A DNA stretch of 64,000 nt from Callorhinchus milii (Eukaryota). The position numbers were made by a program, and so were the translations under genes. The notes under the pieces are model-generated. The model was not told the origin of the DNA. It did no database searches and saw only the letters and a list, made by a program, of their open reading frames with translations. The stretch is from assembly GCF_018977255.1 (NCBI RefSeq), contig NW_024704742.1, positions 110,734,001-110,798,000 on the forward strand. The letters run 5' to 3'. Below, piece after piece: positions 47,756 through 61,174 of this stretch. The stretch's first letter is position 1. Each line of letters begins with the position of its first letter.

Positions 47756-50164
47756 TAGGGAAAGTGCATTTGATGGATTTAACAAACTCATGATAAGCAA
47801 TTAAAAATCATAATGGAAACAACTTCAGAAGCATCATCACAATTTACTCTACTTAATTAGTTAAATAGCTGATAAATTAATTATATTCTGCCTGAAATGT
47901 GATGATTTCTGCATCTATTGTATTCTTTCCTTTTAAATGTATAACATTAGCTGTTATCTCCAATTAAATGAATACTATTCCATCCCTCATGTACTCGCTT
48001 TTCTGGGACTACTACTCTAAAGGACACCTTCTAAATAATGTGGGGAGCTCAAAAAAGGATGTGAAAAGTGCTAGAGACTCTGGGCTTTCCTAACCAGGTT
48101 CCCAATGTTAGTACTAATGTGAGAAGCTGTTTAGCACATTACCAAACTAGAGTAGGTTAAAAGCAATAACAAGAAGGAGTTGGCAATTTGGAAAATTTCT
48201 CATTACACCTTATACATGCAGGCAATTGTACAGCCAAATGTTCTTTCTAATGTTTTATTGTGAATTATTTGCAAGTGAGTGACCCTGAAGAGTTAATAAA
48301 GTTTACGTCAAAATGCCTGTTCACTTAACATCGATTGATATTGATATGCCATTTTCAAATTGGTGCACAAGTAGCTATCATACATTTTAGATAAATTAAG
48401 ACAGTCACATAGAACATAAATACTTATTAATATTTAGCACATAATAGCTTACTAACATTAACAATAAATAGCACAATATTCTTCCAAACGTGGTAATATT
48501 AATAATTCAGTTCTGTTTGCATCACCAAAGGAATTATGCAGAGGTAAAATAATTTTAAATTATCCAGCCGTTGAAGATGACAATAACGCAATATGATATT
48601 TCTGTGTAAAATATGGCAATATTTTGTTGGTAAAATTTTTATAAAAGAAATACTTCATGGATCTCAATGTCTTCTACTGTGCTTCATTTAGTCTCCCTGT
48701 CTTCTTAACAATTTCTAGTCCGTCACATTATACAGCAAAAAATTGTGTTGGAACACATCAAATTATGGCATACAAATGACATACAAGTTCTGGCATATCA
48801 CTATACTTAAAGTGCCACAAAAATTCTCAATCTAAATGCAGGCTACATCATCCACAAAGGGTCATCAAAGATCCCAGTAAGACCTGCGAAACCAGCAATT
48901 AATTTTGCCATTATCTGTTCTACTATATGTCAGTTCTTCAAACCTAATACCCAGGTTACACTTGAGATCAAATTCAATTCAAATCAACGGATCCAAACTG
49001 AATGGAGTTGCCCTCTGTTTATACTGCTCACTACACCTTTAATTTCACTGGTATCTTTGTGCCAAAGTTTATACATGTAGTACAGTAGCACAAATTCAGC
49101 ACAGAAAAAAGACTTTCCGAAGTTTTGTCATCATATCCAATGAGACTTAGTATTGGAATAGCACTACATTTACTTCAGGTAAGCAGTCCCCAGACATACG
49201 GAATAGTACTTTAGGTAAGCAGTGTCTAGCCATAGAATCACATTGTGTTAACTCCAGCTAAACGATGGCAAGACAAATGGATTAGCATTGCATTGCCTCC
49301 ACCAGGTAAGCAGTGCCCAGCACACATTTGTTTGTCATGACATTGCTTTGAAACCCCCTTGTTTATTGACTGAAGGAAATCTGAGCTTTCTGCCTTAGCT
49401 GTTGTCTCATGCTGGAAAGTGTGTGCATGTGTTTCTCTCTCTCTCTCTGTTTTCGTGTGTGCATGTTGATCAGACATGTTATATACACTACACATTCCAG
49501 CTGATATGTCTCACACACTCTGAATATTCCAGTTTTCCACAGAAACACAGTGCCACTGTATGACATATGACATACAATAATGCCCATTCACCTGTGTGTA
49601 CACAGTGACAGTTCCAGAGGGAACCCGAACACCAGACAGTGGGGAGCGCTACCCAGCTGGCATGTGTCAAACAGGGCTCTTGTGCATATGAGGCACATCT
49701 ACAATACTAAGTATAATGAGGGCAAAAACTGCTTTAGGTACTAGACAGGCATAGATTAAACCAGACCATTTATATTGAAGCATCCAAGTGAGGCAACAGC
49801 AGAGTAAGTCCCAATGTTACTAAAGGCATGACAACATTAAGAAAGAGGAAATCATGCAAATATTAGGACATTTATAACACTAGTTTATTATTAGGATACA
49901 TAGGTACAAATCTATGAAAGACCACAGTCCTGGTATGAATCAGCCTTGATTATCTGCCCTTGGATGAATGAGAAATTAAATGAGATTTATACCACAGTTA
50001 TGCAGCACCACAGCTCAACAAATGCCAATACAGAGAATCGTTTCCTCACTATTGAAGTGTTCACTGTAAACCACCAGATAAAACAATAACACAAGGTGTA
50101 TACAATTTTAAATAGAAATGAAAAAAGAAACCCAGAACAATAATTTAGAATTCAACAAGACAGC

Positions 50165-50387
50165 ATAATAAGAGGACATAGGTTTAGAGTTGCAAAGGGC
50201 AATGTCCAGATAGATACCCAGAGGATAATTAACAACTGTGTAGAAACAAGTTGGGTGGTTGAGGCAAGGGCATTGGACCCATTTAAAAAGCAGCTTGACG
50301 CCGTGTTGGGAGGATGCTGAAGGTGAGCATTCTGGAGAGATGAGATCAGGTAGGCTGATGGGCCTTCTTCACTCTTGTGATCTTATA
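50165..50387 (+). mobile_element. Decayed CR1 3' fragment
   Basis: AGAGGACATAGGTTTAGAGTT (RGHRFRV), TTTAAAAAGCAGCTTGAC (FKKQLD) and GGCTGATGGGCCTTCT tail. Confidence 0.7.
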
Positions 50388-53300
50388 ACAAGATTAGACA
50401 TGCAACACTACACATAGCAATGCTTTTCCAAATTGCTAACTGGAATTTATATAGACAATAACAAATAAAAATCAGTTTCTAGAAAGCTATTAAAATCTAT
50501 CCAACGAAGGAAGCTCTTTAATCATAAAACTTCATCAAAGAAAATGTACAAAAAAGCCAGATTAATTAATAAGAATAAACTGATTCACAAGTTCTGCAAC
50601 CAATATGTTTGGATATTTGACAGAGACAGCACTCCTGATTTAAAGAAGTAAGAAAGAGGAAAGAAAATTTAGGGTCACTTCAAATCTCAAACACTGCTCT
50701 TTTAGTTTACAGCTCATTACCTAACATTGATAGAGTTGTAATGGCTGCTACATCTGTATTACTGTACTGGAAGCTCTATACAAGGGCAGTTTTTCATCTC
50801 TTAAGTTCTCATTTGAAGTGTGCCCATGCAGTCCATTAGCAATCAATGGGATGCTCATTTACTGGCATTATGTCCTACACATAAAGCTGCTCCTGTCCGT
50901 CTCTTTTACCAACAAGGGCTCTTACCTTCAATTTAGCAACATCTGAGGCTTGCAATAAATTGATAGTCCAGTTCTTTACATGAAAGCTAACTCCACTATG
51001 ATACAGCACTGATCAATCATTAATTTTAAGCCTTTGAAATTAATCATTTTAACCAGACGCCCTTATGCTATAAATTAAATAATGCCAGTCTAAAATAATT
51101 TTTAAATAAAGGCAGCGAAATTGACACTTCAATTTTAAGTCATGGTTCTAAAAGGCTCCTGTATCATTTTCCAGGTGTGGGACTACTTTCAATACATATG
51201 GTTGTACTCTCTGTAATGGACATTTTGAGTAAATATACTTATCTACAGCTTTACACATGTTTTGCCTTTATCCAATATAAATAAATCAGAACAGATAATA
51301 AGAGTCTGCAATTTACAATGTTTTTTTGATGACCAGCCTACACTTAAAGATCTGAGACTGGCTGTAATGTGATAAAGATGGTACTAGCCCTGTTCAGCTT
51401 GCGCGTTGGAACTGAACTCGGAGTAAAAGGTTGATCTCAGTTTATTTTCCCCACATCACCTTCTCATGCGCCTGGGCAGTAATCTGTACAGGGAGGACGA
51501 TAATTGTGGTCCTGGATTTTGTAACTGTCAGAGCCCATCTATGGTTTCACCACATACCGGGTAAACACTTTGAAGCACTTTAAATTGTGCTATAACTATC
51601 TTTCATTCAGATGGTATTTTAGCTCTGGTGAATCCGAAATGGAAACACTTTCCATTGCAATCCTTAGCCAAGCCCAGCACAGTCTGTCGTTTCTGCACAA
51701 TGCAATTGAGTGTGAACCAGCCTCTCGCTCTGATTATTTTGGTTACTGTTGAACAAAAAAAGGCTGCTAAGCATGGTGGATCACAAATAAAATGGGCTGT
51801 TGGCAGATTTGTTCTAGCTTTGACTACCACATAACCTTTAGTGCATGTGCCTCAAGCTAACCATCCCAGAAGAAAAAGAAAGGGAGGAACAAAAAATCAT
51901 AGTCTATTATCTTTAATTTAGTATCGGACCACCAAATAGGATTATCAATAATACGTTGCATCTGCATTCAGAAACATTTTAGCAATACAGTACATAGACA
52001 AAAGCACTAGCATGTGTAAAGATTTGTGTACGTTACCCATGGAACAATACTGACCCCTAGTGTTAGAGCTAATCAATGTTTTCACCCACACACTGCTCTT
52101 CAGTGAATTCCTAGTCCAGGCAAACCACTTAATGATAACTTTACACTCAAAAGATTTTGCAGGGAGAGAGAGAAAAAAATCCCGGCTGTCCCGCTGTTTA
52201 TCGTCTCTATTTGTGGAGATAAAGATTATGTGGGACCTCTATTCTAAATCATGTGAAAAGTACACACGGTCAATAACTGTGGAAAAAAAATCAAAATCCT
52301 TTACAAATCCTGAAAGAACACAGAGGGCCATTGAAAACAAGCACTTATACAAAGAGAGGGATATGAAACCAATTTCTAGAAGAAAAGAGGCTAAGTTTCA
52401 CATCAGCAACTGACACCAAATGCATGCTTGGCATCGTTCAGTAAATGGCTGTGATTTAAACAGCTTTACTGGATTTGTGCTTGCTGTGAATATATTACTT
52501 TTTGTGTAATACTTCCCCCACCCCAACTTAGACCAACCTCAAGAATTTAATGAATTTACAGTCACTGATGAGGCAAGTTTACCTTTAACGTATTCACATG
52601 AAATAGTTGCTAAATTATTCTGTCACTTAAATCATAGGTATTTTTGTAACAGATACTTAATTTGGACAACTGATTCCAATATTCCAGTGAGCACAAAGTA
52701 ACCCTGCCAATTGATAGCAAAGATGTGTAAAGGTTCCCAAATTTATTTTGTCCCCAATTGCCTAAAGAAAGCGCATTAACAAGGTCTATGCCAATCCAGA
52801 GCTGCCACTGATGTTTATGATATGTACTGTATATATAAAGAATGTCCTTCCACATTGTATTTATCTGGGTCAGCAAGGGAACAAAAGGAGAAAAATACAC
52901 AGAGTGTGTGAGGAAAAGCTAACCTACCATCACCATTGTTCATTTCCCAGTCCAAATAAAGATTTATCTCATCCCGTCAATTTAAAAGCCTGTAGGACTA
53001 CAACTGTTTTAAGGAAAGTGTACTGCTCTGTTTAGTTTAGATGCTACGTTTCACCCTGCTCAAAATTTTAACTCTCAGCTATTTCTTTCATGGCCACACT
53101 CATGCATTTGAGGAAAGAAAAGCCTTTTCAAGCAGTTGCATTCTGTTGGACGGAGAAAAGAGTGGAGTTTGTGCACTCTTTCTAATAGTGACTGCCCCTG
53201 CAAAACAATAATTAGCTCGTGAATGGGGTAGGGGCCTGGGCTGTCAAAAGCCACAAAAAACCCACAGCCCTTTGCTTGATCAGCTTCTTGATAGGATAAG

Positions 53301-55469
53301 CACAGGCCTCTTCAAAAGTGTTAGGCCACTGCAAAAAGTGCTGTGGATGTGTAAGCCGATTTAAGTGACAGAATAATTGCGAGGCTTTCAGGCAAATAAC
53401 TTAAAAATGATCTATTACATAATGCATTTTTATTTAAAAGGCAATGTACTAAATTGTGTTGCTTTTTTTAAAAAAAATACATATATCTTTTGTTTGGAAG
53501 TCACCCCCTCCCAGTAATATTCACGAAAGGTAAAAATGTTCTTTCATTTAAGCGAGTGATATTTACTACATCAGCTGTATTATCTGGCTGCTAAGAGGGA
53601 GGATTATCTTTAATTTTGTGTTGATGAATTGCCCCTGTTCACGCGGCTTTAAAAAACATTATCTGCCATTTATTTTACAACTTTGCTTAAGACAGTTTTA
53701 ATTATGTCTGTGTAGATGCAGAAAAACTCACTTGACCTGGAATTCTGAGCCTGTAATTATACCCCATTTTATTTTTGATATATATTTTTTATTTTGAAAC
53801 CTGCGATCACTGAACAAGTTGCTGTTGCTAAAAATTTCTCTCGGTCTCCTTCTGGTTCGAAAATACAGCATATTATTCTGCAATCATCCTTTGATGTGTG
53901 TGTGTGTTTCTTTCCCCATCCTCACTCCATGCTCCAACAATTCTGTCATACGGCAAACTGAAAATTAAGTTATTCCCACCACCAATACTCCCCCACAAAG
54001 AAACTATCAAACCATAGATATGAACCTCGGAACAATCCCTGCCAGGTTTCTCATGCAAATGCAGCAGAAGAACTTACAAGAGCACTTTAAGATATTGAGA
54101 ACCCTTCAATACAGCCCAGTATAATAACTTTTACTTGCTAATTTCTATGGGTCAGTTGCGAAGGAATAGACCTGTCAATCAGTTTCAGATGTAGCAGAAT
54201 TTGTCTGTCTACAAACAGGGATACTTTGCAGTTGCCATGACAACTAATCCTCCACTTTCCTTCTGTTGACACAGCCAGTCACAGTTTAAACTACCTGATC
54301 ACACTTTCAATAGGCAGCTGACTGGAGCACCATAAAATGCTCAAATCAAGTTCGCAACACTTGACGCATCTACTGTTACATGGGCTGAGTTTTATTTAGA
54401 GCTCAGACAGTTGCAGTAGGCCGGCGGCCTCCTTATCTGCACTGACACCCTTAAGACCAAACGTGCTGAAATATAGCCAGTTTAAATTCTATTTAACTTG
54501 TTAAACCGTGTTAAAAATATTTTTAAGAATGCTTTTCCCGCAGAAATTGGACGTGAACATGTCAAATCAGACATTTTTTTAAAGATTGCTCGTCAATTTT
54601 CTCCCAACAGATATTCTTCCTACAAATAGGTTATCAGGACTGAGAGAGGGCACTCCATGTTCATTCCCGCACTATAAGGCTTGAATCATACTCTGAATCA
54701 CACAAATTCTTATAAATGGGATGAAACACAATTACGTAACAGCCTCCAAAGAAAAGTTTAATACATTTTCCATAAATTCAGTTTCTAATCAACAACAGCT
54801 GCAAAGGAACTACCCAGAAGCATGTCAAGTGCTCATAAATACAAAATCATTTTGTGGCATTTATATTTATTTTAATTAAGCTGCACAGAACGGGCTTCGA
54901 AAGGCAAGGGCTGTGTTTCAATACCTAATTGCTGATTTACCTCTGAACCTGACTAATTAACATTAAAAACATTATAGTTACAAATAATTATTTTACTGAA
55001 AAATAATTCAAATAATTATTTTTGAAAATAAAAATGCAGTATGTTCCAAAAATTCTACATACTAAAATACGAGAACGCTGTGAAGCCTCATTATAATCAA
55101 TAGGGTGATGTCCACCAAATGTTGCTTACAACTAGACTTGCAAATTTAAGGACTAGACTTGCATGACAGTAAGGGATCAGGTTATGGGGGAAACTTGCAC
55201 ATAGTAAGACTGCCTGGTAGTAGGCTTCACTATGCACCCTCACACTGCAGCTTTATAAATATGTCTGGCAATAGCAGTTGTCCTCCCTTCAGCATTGGAG
55301 CTGTACTGACATTCGCCCAATAAACCGTCATGACTTCTCAGGTTCCTGGAGTAAAAAAGGCCAAATAACCATTCAGATTAGTCTTTGCTAAAAACTTTCA
55401 ATGACAAACTGTACTAATGAGGCAATGCATCTTTCTGTGGTCCTGTGTTTGGGGATGGAAACTCCACTG

Positions 55470-55537
55470 TATTCAAGTGCTCTGGGACATTAGTCTGCAT
55501 GAGGGGGCGCTGTATAAATGCAAGTTGTTGTTGTTGT
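55470..55537 (+). mobile_element. L2 tail remnant
   Basis: GGGGCGCTGTATAAATGCAAGTTGTTGTTGTTG. Confidence 0.75.
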
Positions 55538-56764
55538 ATTCGATAGAGTGGGTCAAGCTTCAATAAGAAGACTCTCAAATAAAAGAAAAATTACTTCATT
55601 GGTTCGGTGCATTTGTCATAACAAAAACTTTAGTTACACATTAGTATTAGTGCCTGTACACTGACGATGAGCTTAACAAATAGCTTATAAAAGCTTTAAA
55701 TTAAGAGAGAATATAATATACAATCATCAAATCATCATAAAAATTAGCAATTATAATATAAACTTATTATGGTTCCTAAAAGCTGACTGACGGGCATGTA
55801 AATTACTTCTTTGCTGTCATTTGTATGTTTTTATTATTATTATTATTAGTTTTACAACCTTGAATCCTTGTTTTTCCTTTTGATTTAGGGTGACAAATGT
55901 ATACTCCAGTCACAACACATAGAAAATACATGAGATGAAAAAGTGCACAAGGCTGCAATACTCACCAACTAATAATCCATCCTTTTACCAGGACTTTTCT
56001 CCCATCATCCATATTGTGTAAAACTCATAGTTTAGTTACACAGACAGATGTAAGAAGATGGACACAGTGGTTGAAATTCCTATTTTATATACTGTACACC
56101 CAAAGGCATGCACATAATGTGTAATGCACATAAAAAATAAACTGCATCAGTCCAGGGGTTTTTGAGAGGAAGAAAGGAGGCTGCAGCTACCTGATAATAA
56201 TTTAATCCGATGGCCTGAGTAGAATTGAGGAAAGTTTGTCCAACTCTTGCAGAACAATTCTCAGTGAAAAACCTAACGTGGTTAAAGCTAACCTAAACAC
56301 CTAAATTCATGGTACCAATTAAAATATACAGTCACAATTTAGCATTTTAATAAGAATGTTTCGCTGACAAGTAGGATATTTTAACATAAATAAAAGCAGG
56401 CAAGAAAATATTCAGGAGTCAGGAGCAGTCATCACCGAATCACTGGTCTTCACTGTTAGGTGCAATAATTAACAATATGACTTATAACCACATACTCCCA
56501 TTATAGGTCCAGAAAACACAGAGTTATTCCACTTTACAGTATATCCTGTGAAGTGCTCTGAGATATCCTCCAACATGATAGGCCCCATGCTAAATGTGAA
56601 GAGTGTTAGTATTATCAAAATTGCTAAACTTAGTGGCCAGCAGAAATTTCACCTTTGTTGTCTTAATTGGTGTCACTCGGCAGTACATTTTAAACCATAT
56701 AGGCATTTAATAATATATGTTGAATCACAAAACATAATAAAGCTTCAGAATATCATATTAATAG

Positions 56765-56865
56765 TAATAACAATCCTTGCATTTGATATAGCGCCTTATC
56801 ACGTCTCAAAGTGCATCACAGAATACTGTAAAGTGAATTGACTGTATATTTTGTCGGCGAAACAT
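56765..56865 (-). mobile_element. SINE family A tail fragment
   Basis: AATCCTTGCATTTGATATAGCGCCTTATCACGTCTCAAAG...GTGAATTGACTGTATATTTTG. Confidence 0.85.
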
Positions 56866-59800
56866 GAGTATAATTGAGTATTATGAGTATAATTTAGACT
56901 GTTTTTGAGGAATTGTCATTGTCCAAGGAAAAGCTTTCTGCTTTTTCCTTTGTTGATTTTCTGTTGTTCTGTCATTACTACAGCATTATATTTTGATTGT
57001 CAGAATCAGGCAGGATATAAATAGATGGTCTGAATAGCAGTTTTTAATATATCATATTGTTATATTCCTGAAACGACTGGTATCACCCTCTATACTCTAT
57101 GCTCCTCTAGAATAAAAACAGTTGAAATAGACAAATCCAGATATTTGTAATCCTGATACATACATGTCCATACCAGAGGAACATGAAGTTGAAACAAAAA
57201 CGGATATTTTAAAGTATACATTTATGCATTTAGTTGTTTCTACTTATGAGGAAACGTGCATACAATTAAAAACATAAAATTGAACTATTTTTCAATTGAA
57301 ATTAAACAAATTAGGATTATTATGTCATATAAAAAAATGTAAGCAGCATCCGTGTCACTCAGCTGATAAAAAATAATATCAAGCATTCCCCTATTCACAA
57401 GCGCTCGTGTTTTCCCGAGCAGCTCTCAATAGAACCTTCAGAATCGGCTGCTGTGATTTCAGGTTTAACGTCTGTTGTTAAGAGGTTTGGCAGGTTCTCC
57501 TGGTCTTTAAAACACTCAGCTATGATCCGGCCAGCTCCAGAAAACACAAGGGAATCGGGAATAGACAGCACAGAATCAGAGGTGTACGCCGCCACCAGAA
57601 CAGTGTAACTTTTTTTCATTCCTCATCCTTTGAAAGGTAGGTGTGTATTTATCATGGCTTTCAGTTCATGAGAGACTCAGATGAAGCCAATTGTTAAAGC
57701 CTAGGTAAACTCACTCATTTGAAGTCAATATTTCCATTTGTGATTGTAATTTGTTTTTTGCGTAATACATTTATTTTCAGTTTCTGTCATTCATGGCTTC
57801 ATCATGGATGCTGATTTTTTTTAAAAAATCCTACAGCCAAATTAAACAACTCGTTTATTGAGAGGGTATTTACAATAAGTCTCAGATAACCATTGCCCTT
57901 CCTTATCCTTAGTTGAAATCTAATTATAAAGAGGCGATTCTGTTGTATGGAATTCACCAGGAGAAGCCGTGGGATATGCAAAAGCACAATTAGAGTAATA
58001 CCTGCAAGTGCATAACCCTCAAGTCTGAGGAGCGTGAGGGTTACTTAATCCCCTGATGTCACTAGACGGATTACTTTTGACTATCCCAGGGGTACTCAGT
58101 AATTTGTTCTATTTATACCCTACATTAACACAGGGTTGAATCAACTGGAATATGAAACATTAAAAATAGGGGTGACATCATGGGCTGCGGTAACCTGAGT
58201 TTCGTGTGACATTGCCAAATTCACTTCCAGGTCACAAAATAATCAGAAAGGAAAATTCCATCAATCTAAATTATGTACATCAAGTTTCCACTGATTTAGT
58301 TATGAGAAACAATATATCGCTATGAGTAACAAAAGCTATGGTCACTTCGCTCAGTCCTCTAGAATACTAATTCCTCAGTTGGATTATTTCACAATGTGTT
58401 GCATGTGTTTAATAAAGGCATAGATTCCCAGAATCTCAAGTGCAGTGAGAGATATACGAATGAATTACTAAGAATATGCTGAAGCAGTCAGTGATAGCAG
58501 AATTAATAATCTAGCAACAAACTACTTTTTTTTATTTTTAAATTATTTGGCTACGACCTAATTGAAACAACACCCATTTCACCCCGCAGAGATCTTAACA
58601 AAGATATCAATGCATGCTTGTTGTAAATATCTGTATTGAAATGAACCTCTGTGTTCACGCTAAAATAAAAGGTTAACTGAGTCCCAGTGGCATTCCATTG
58701 ACACCTGAATAGAGGTGAATGGGTTAAGGGGAAAGTACGTGCACATTTAAAACAAATTCACTATGGTGCAGCAGAAAGTGATGACATTGACGTTTGAAAA
58801 CAGACGATAATAAAAGACTCTGGTTTGAATTAAAATTACCTAACTGCTTCCTGTTGCTTCCCAGATCGTTATCATTCTGTGCTTGCACCTCCTTCAATTA
58901 TGCGGGAAAACTGATGTGTATCATTAATTATGTCAGTAAAATCATAAATCATCTCTGAATACCCTAATTAATTATTTGCAGAGTGTACTTTTTAAGTCAT
59001 GTTGGATAAATGACAACATAAGATGAATACACAAATATGTAAGTCATCTCCTGATCAGCACAAGAGAATAGATGATAATAGCAGTGCTAATACACAGCAG
59101 AATATGCAACATCAGTAGATCATGGTTTCAGCAGCCACTCTATACACAAACAAGCTAGCCCAAAATTTAAATGTTTACTTCCATTAATTAATCTTTTTAA
59201 ACTAAGTGGCTGACAAGGCACAAAAACGATAATTACAGCCATCACGGTTTCAGTAAGTATGGTTTTGCATGAAGTTTAAAAACAGGCAGTCACAGGTAAA
59301 ATCTTACCCGTTAAAACTATACCAATGAGAATTTGCTTTTAGCAGACACCATCTTCCCTTTGGAAATGTCTCACTCCCGTTACCTTAGTCCTGTGCCTAT
59401 AACAAGCTAAGGTTTTACAGATGCAGCACAGTAATGTTTTTGTCCTCTTCTGAGCCAGTGCAGAATATTGTGAATGTTGTCTATATTTCTGGTCATCATA
59501 CAAATGTATTTATGATTTAATGTTAATGTACATGATAAAAGGTGTTTTTTTTGTTCTTTAAAATACAGAATCTTCATAGCTTACAGTGTGCAGAAGAGAT
59601 TGTTTTAAAACAACACTTTTTTTTGAAATAATCATCTAATTCGTATTAACAAATGATGACTTTGCAAGATGCTGTCAAATACCTAAATCAGTAAAAATGA
59701 ATCTCTACTTTAGGGTTAGGGATTTTATTTTTTATCTTTCTATTTTGCCATTTTATATTTATCTTCACTTTTTTACTAAACTATAAGAAAGCTCACATGA

Positions 59801-60061
59801 CTAAGCAAAAGCTTGGTTTGGAAGTTCAGATCAAGTGAAAATTTGCTGTGTGTTCCAAACTATATTAATTTGAAAAAAACGCATCAGTTTAATTTGAAAA
59901 TTTATCTTGTAAAATTTGTAACATGGAAACACAGTTTACATGTCAAATTTGACACAAACATTAAAAAAATGTGTAATCCATTTTTAACTAAGAGTCTATC
60001 ATTTGAAAGCAACCTTAACCTTCTTTCATGTCTTGAATTGGTGCAGATTATTTTAAACTCA

Positions 60062-60222
60062 ACACAACAATAACAACAACCACCAACAAATTATATTTGT
60101 ATAGTGCTGTCATGTCGGGAGGACGTCCCAAGGCGCTGGACAGTCAAGGATTTGCACCCGAGCTGGGGGTTGGAATCAGGAGGGTTGGCAGGGAAGGTGA
60201 CAGAAGGTGCGGTCGAAGAGGA
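60062..60222 (-). mobile_element. L2 3' fragment
   Basis: (AAC)n-like tail, GTCGGGAGGACGTCCCAAGGCGCTGGACAG and GGTGCGGTCGAAGAG. Confidence 0.85.
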
Positions 60223-60670
60223 AGATCGTGAGCTGCGCCATCACACTCTGTGGTGCTTCGTACAACCTCATGAGAGACCACGAGGTGAGTGACAGGAAGA
60301 AAGGCGCAGTGGGAGTATTTTAAAATGGTATAGTTGCATATTTTGCTATTCTGAAACTGCAGAACTACGAGGTCTCAGCAAGAAAAATAGGGTAGATATG
60401 GAAAATAGAGGACATTGAAGCTCTGGTTCAAGAGAAACATTTTCCACAATGTTATCATTATTTTGTTCATTATGAAGGCTATTAAATTATGTGCATTTTA
60501 ATTCACTTAATTATTTCTTTCACTTTTATTGTTTACTCTGGATTTAATGATTTTTCTTACAAAAATGTTGTTTATTGATAAAAGTGTATTATTGTTTTAA
60601 AATTTGTATGAATTTTTACATTACTATTTAAAGTTTGCATTGTATCTAAAATATAGGGAAATTAAGTAAT

Positions 60671-60724
60671 ACAACAACAACTTGGATTTATATAGCGCCC
60701 TCCACCCCGGACAGCGTCTCAGTT
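60671..60724 (-). mobile_element. L2 extreme 3' tail
   Basis: ACAACAACAACTTGGATTTATATAGCGCCCTCCACCCCGGA is nearly identical to 150-200. Confidence 0.85.
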
Positions 60725-61174
60725 ACACAATTTCAAACATAGGATTTTTATATGATTCTTACGGGTTATTTTTTTGGAAGGGAACTCAAAAATAGTTGCT
60801 TATGTGGCCCCCTGACTTAACTGGTAACGACAAGTTAATCCAGGAGTTTACTGTAGGAATAATAATATTGCTCCTGGCATTTGGTATAGTGCCTTTCACA
60901 CAGGGAAGATGACCCAAAATGCCTCACGGGATTTACTGTGAGAAGGAGTGACTGTATATTTGTAGCCGATTTGTCAGATATTTACAGTAATAGGTAAGCA
61001 CAACATCAACAATTTTACATTTATACACCGTCTTTCAAGTTAGGAGGATTTCTCAAAGCACATCATAGAATCAGCTGGGACATAAGCACATGGAGCCTAA
61101 TGCAGGAAAGGACACACATCTTAAAAAGGACATCCATTTTAAATCTATAAGGTATTCACAAATTAGCTAAAAGC

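Noticed and set aside
49155..49325. CRISPR-like repeat-spacer array
   Set aside because: Only three degenerate, irregularly spaced units in vertebrate DNA, with no cas genes.
55131..55163. Short direct repeat ACTAGACTTGCA x2 (similar micro-duplications at 26286, 54981, 56865)
   Set aside because: Ordinary slippage duplications with no sign of function.
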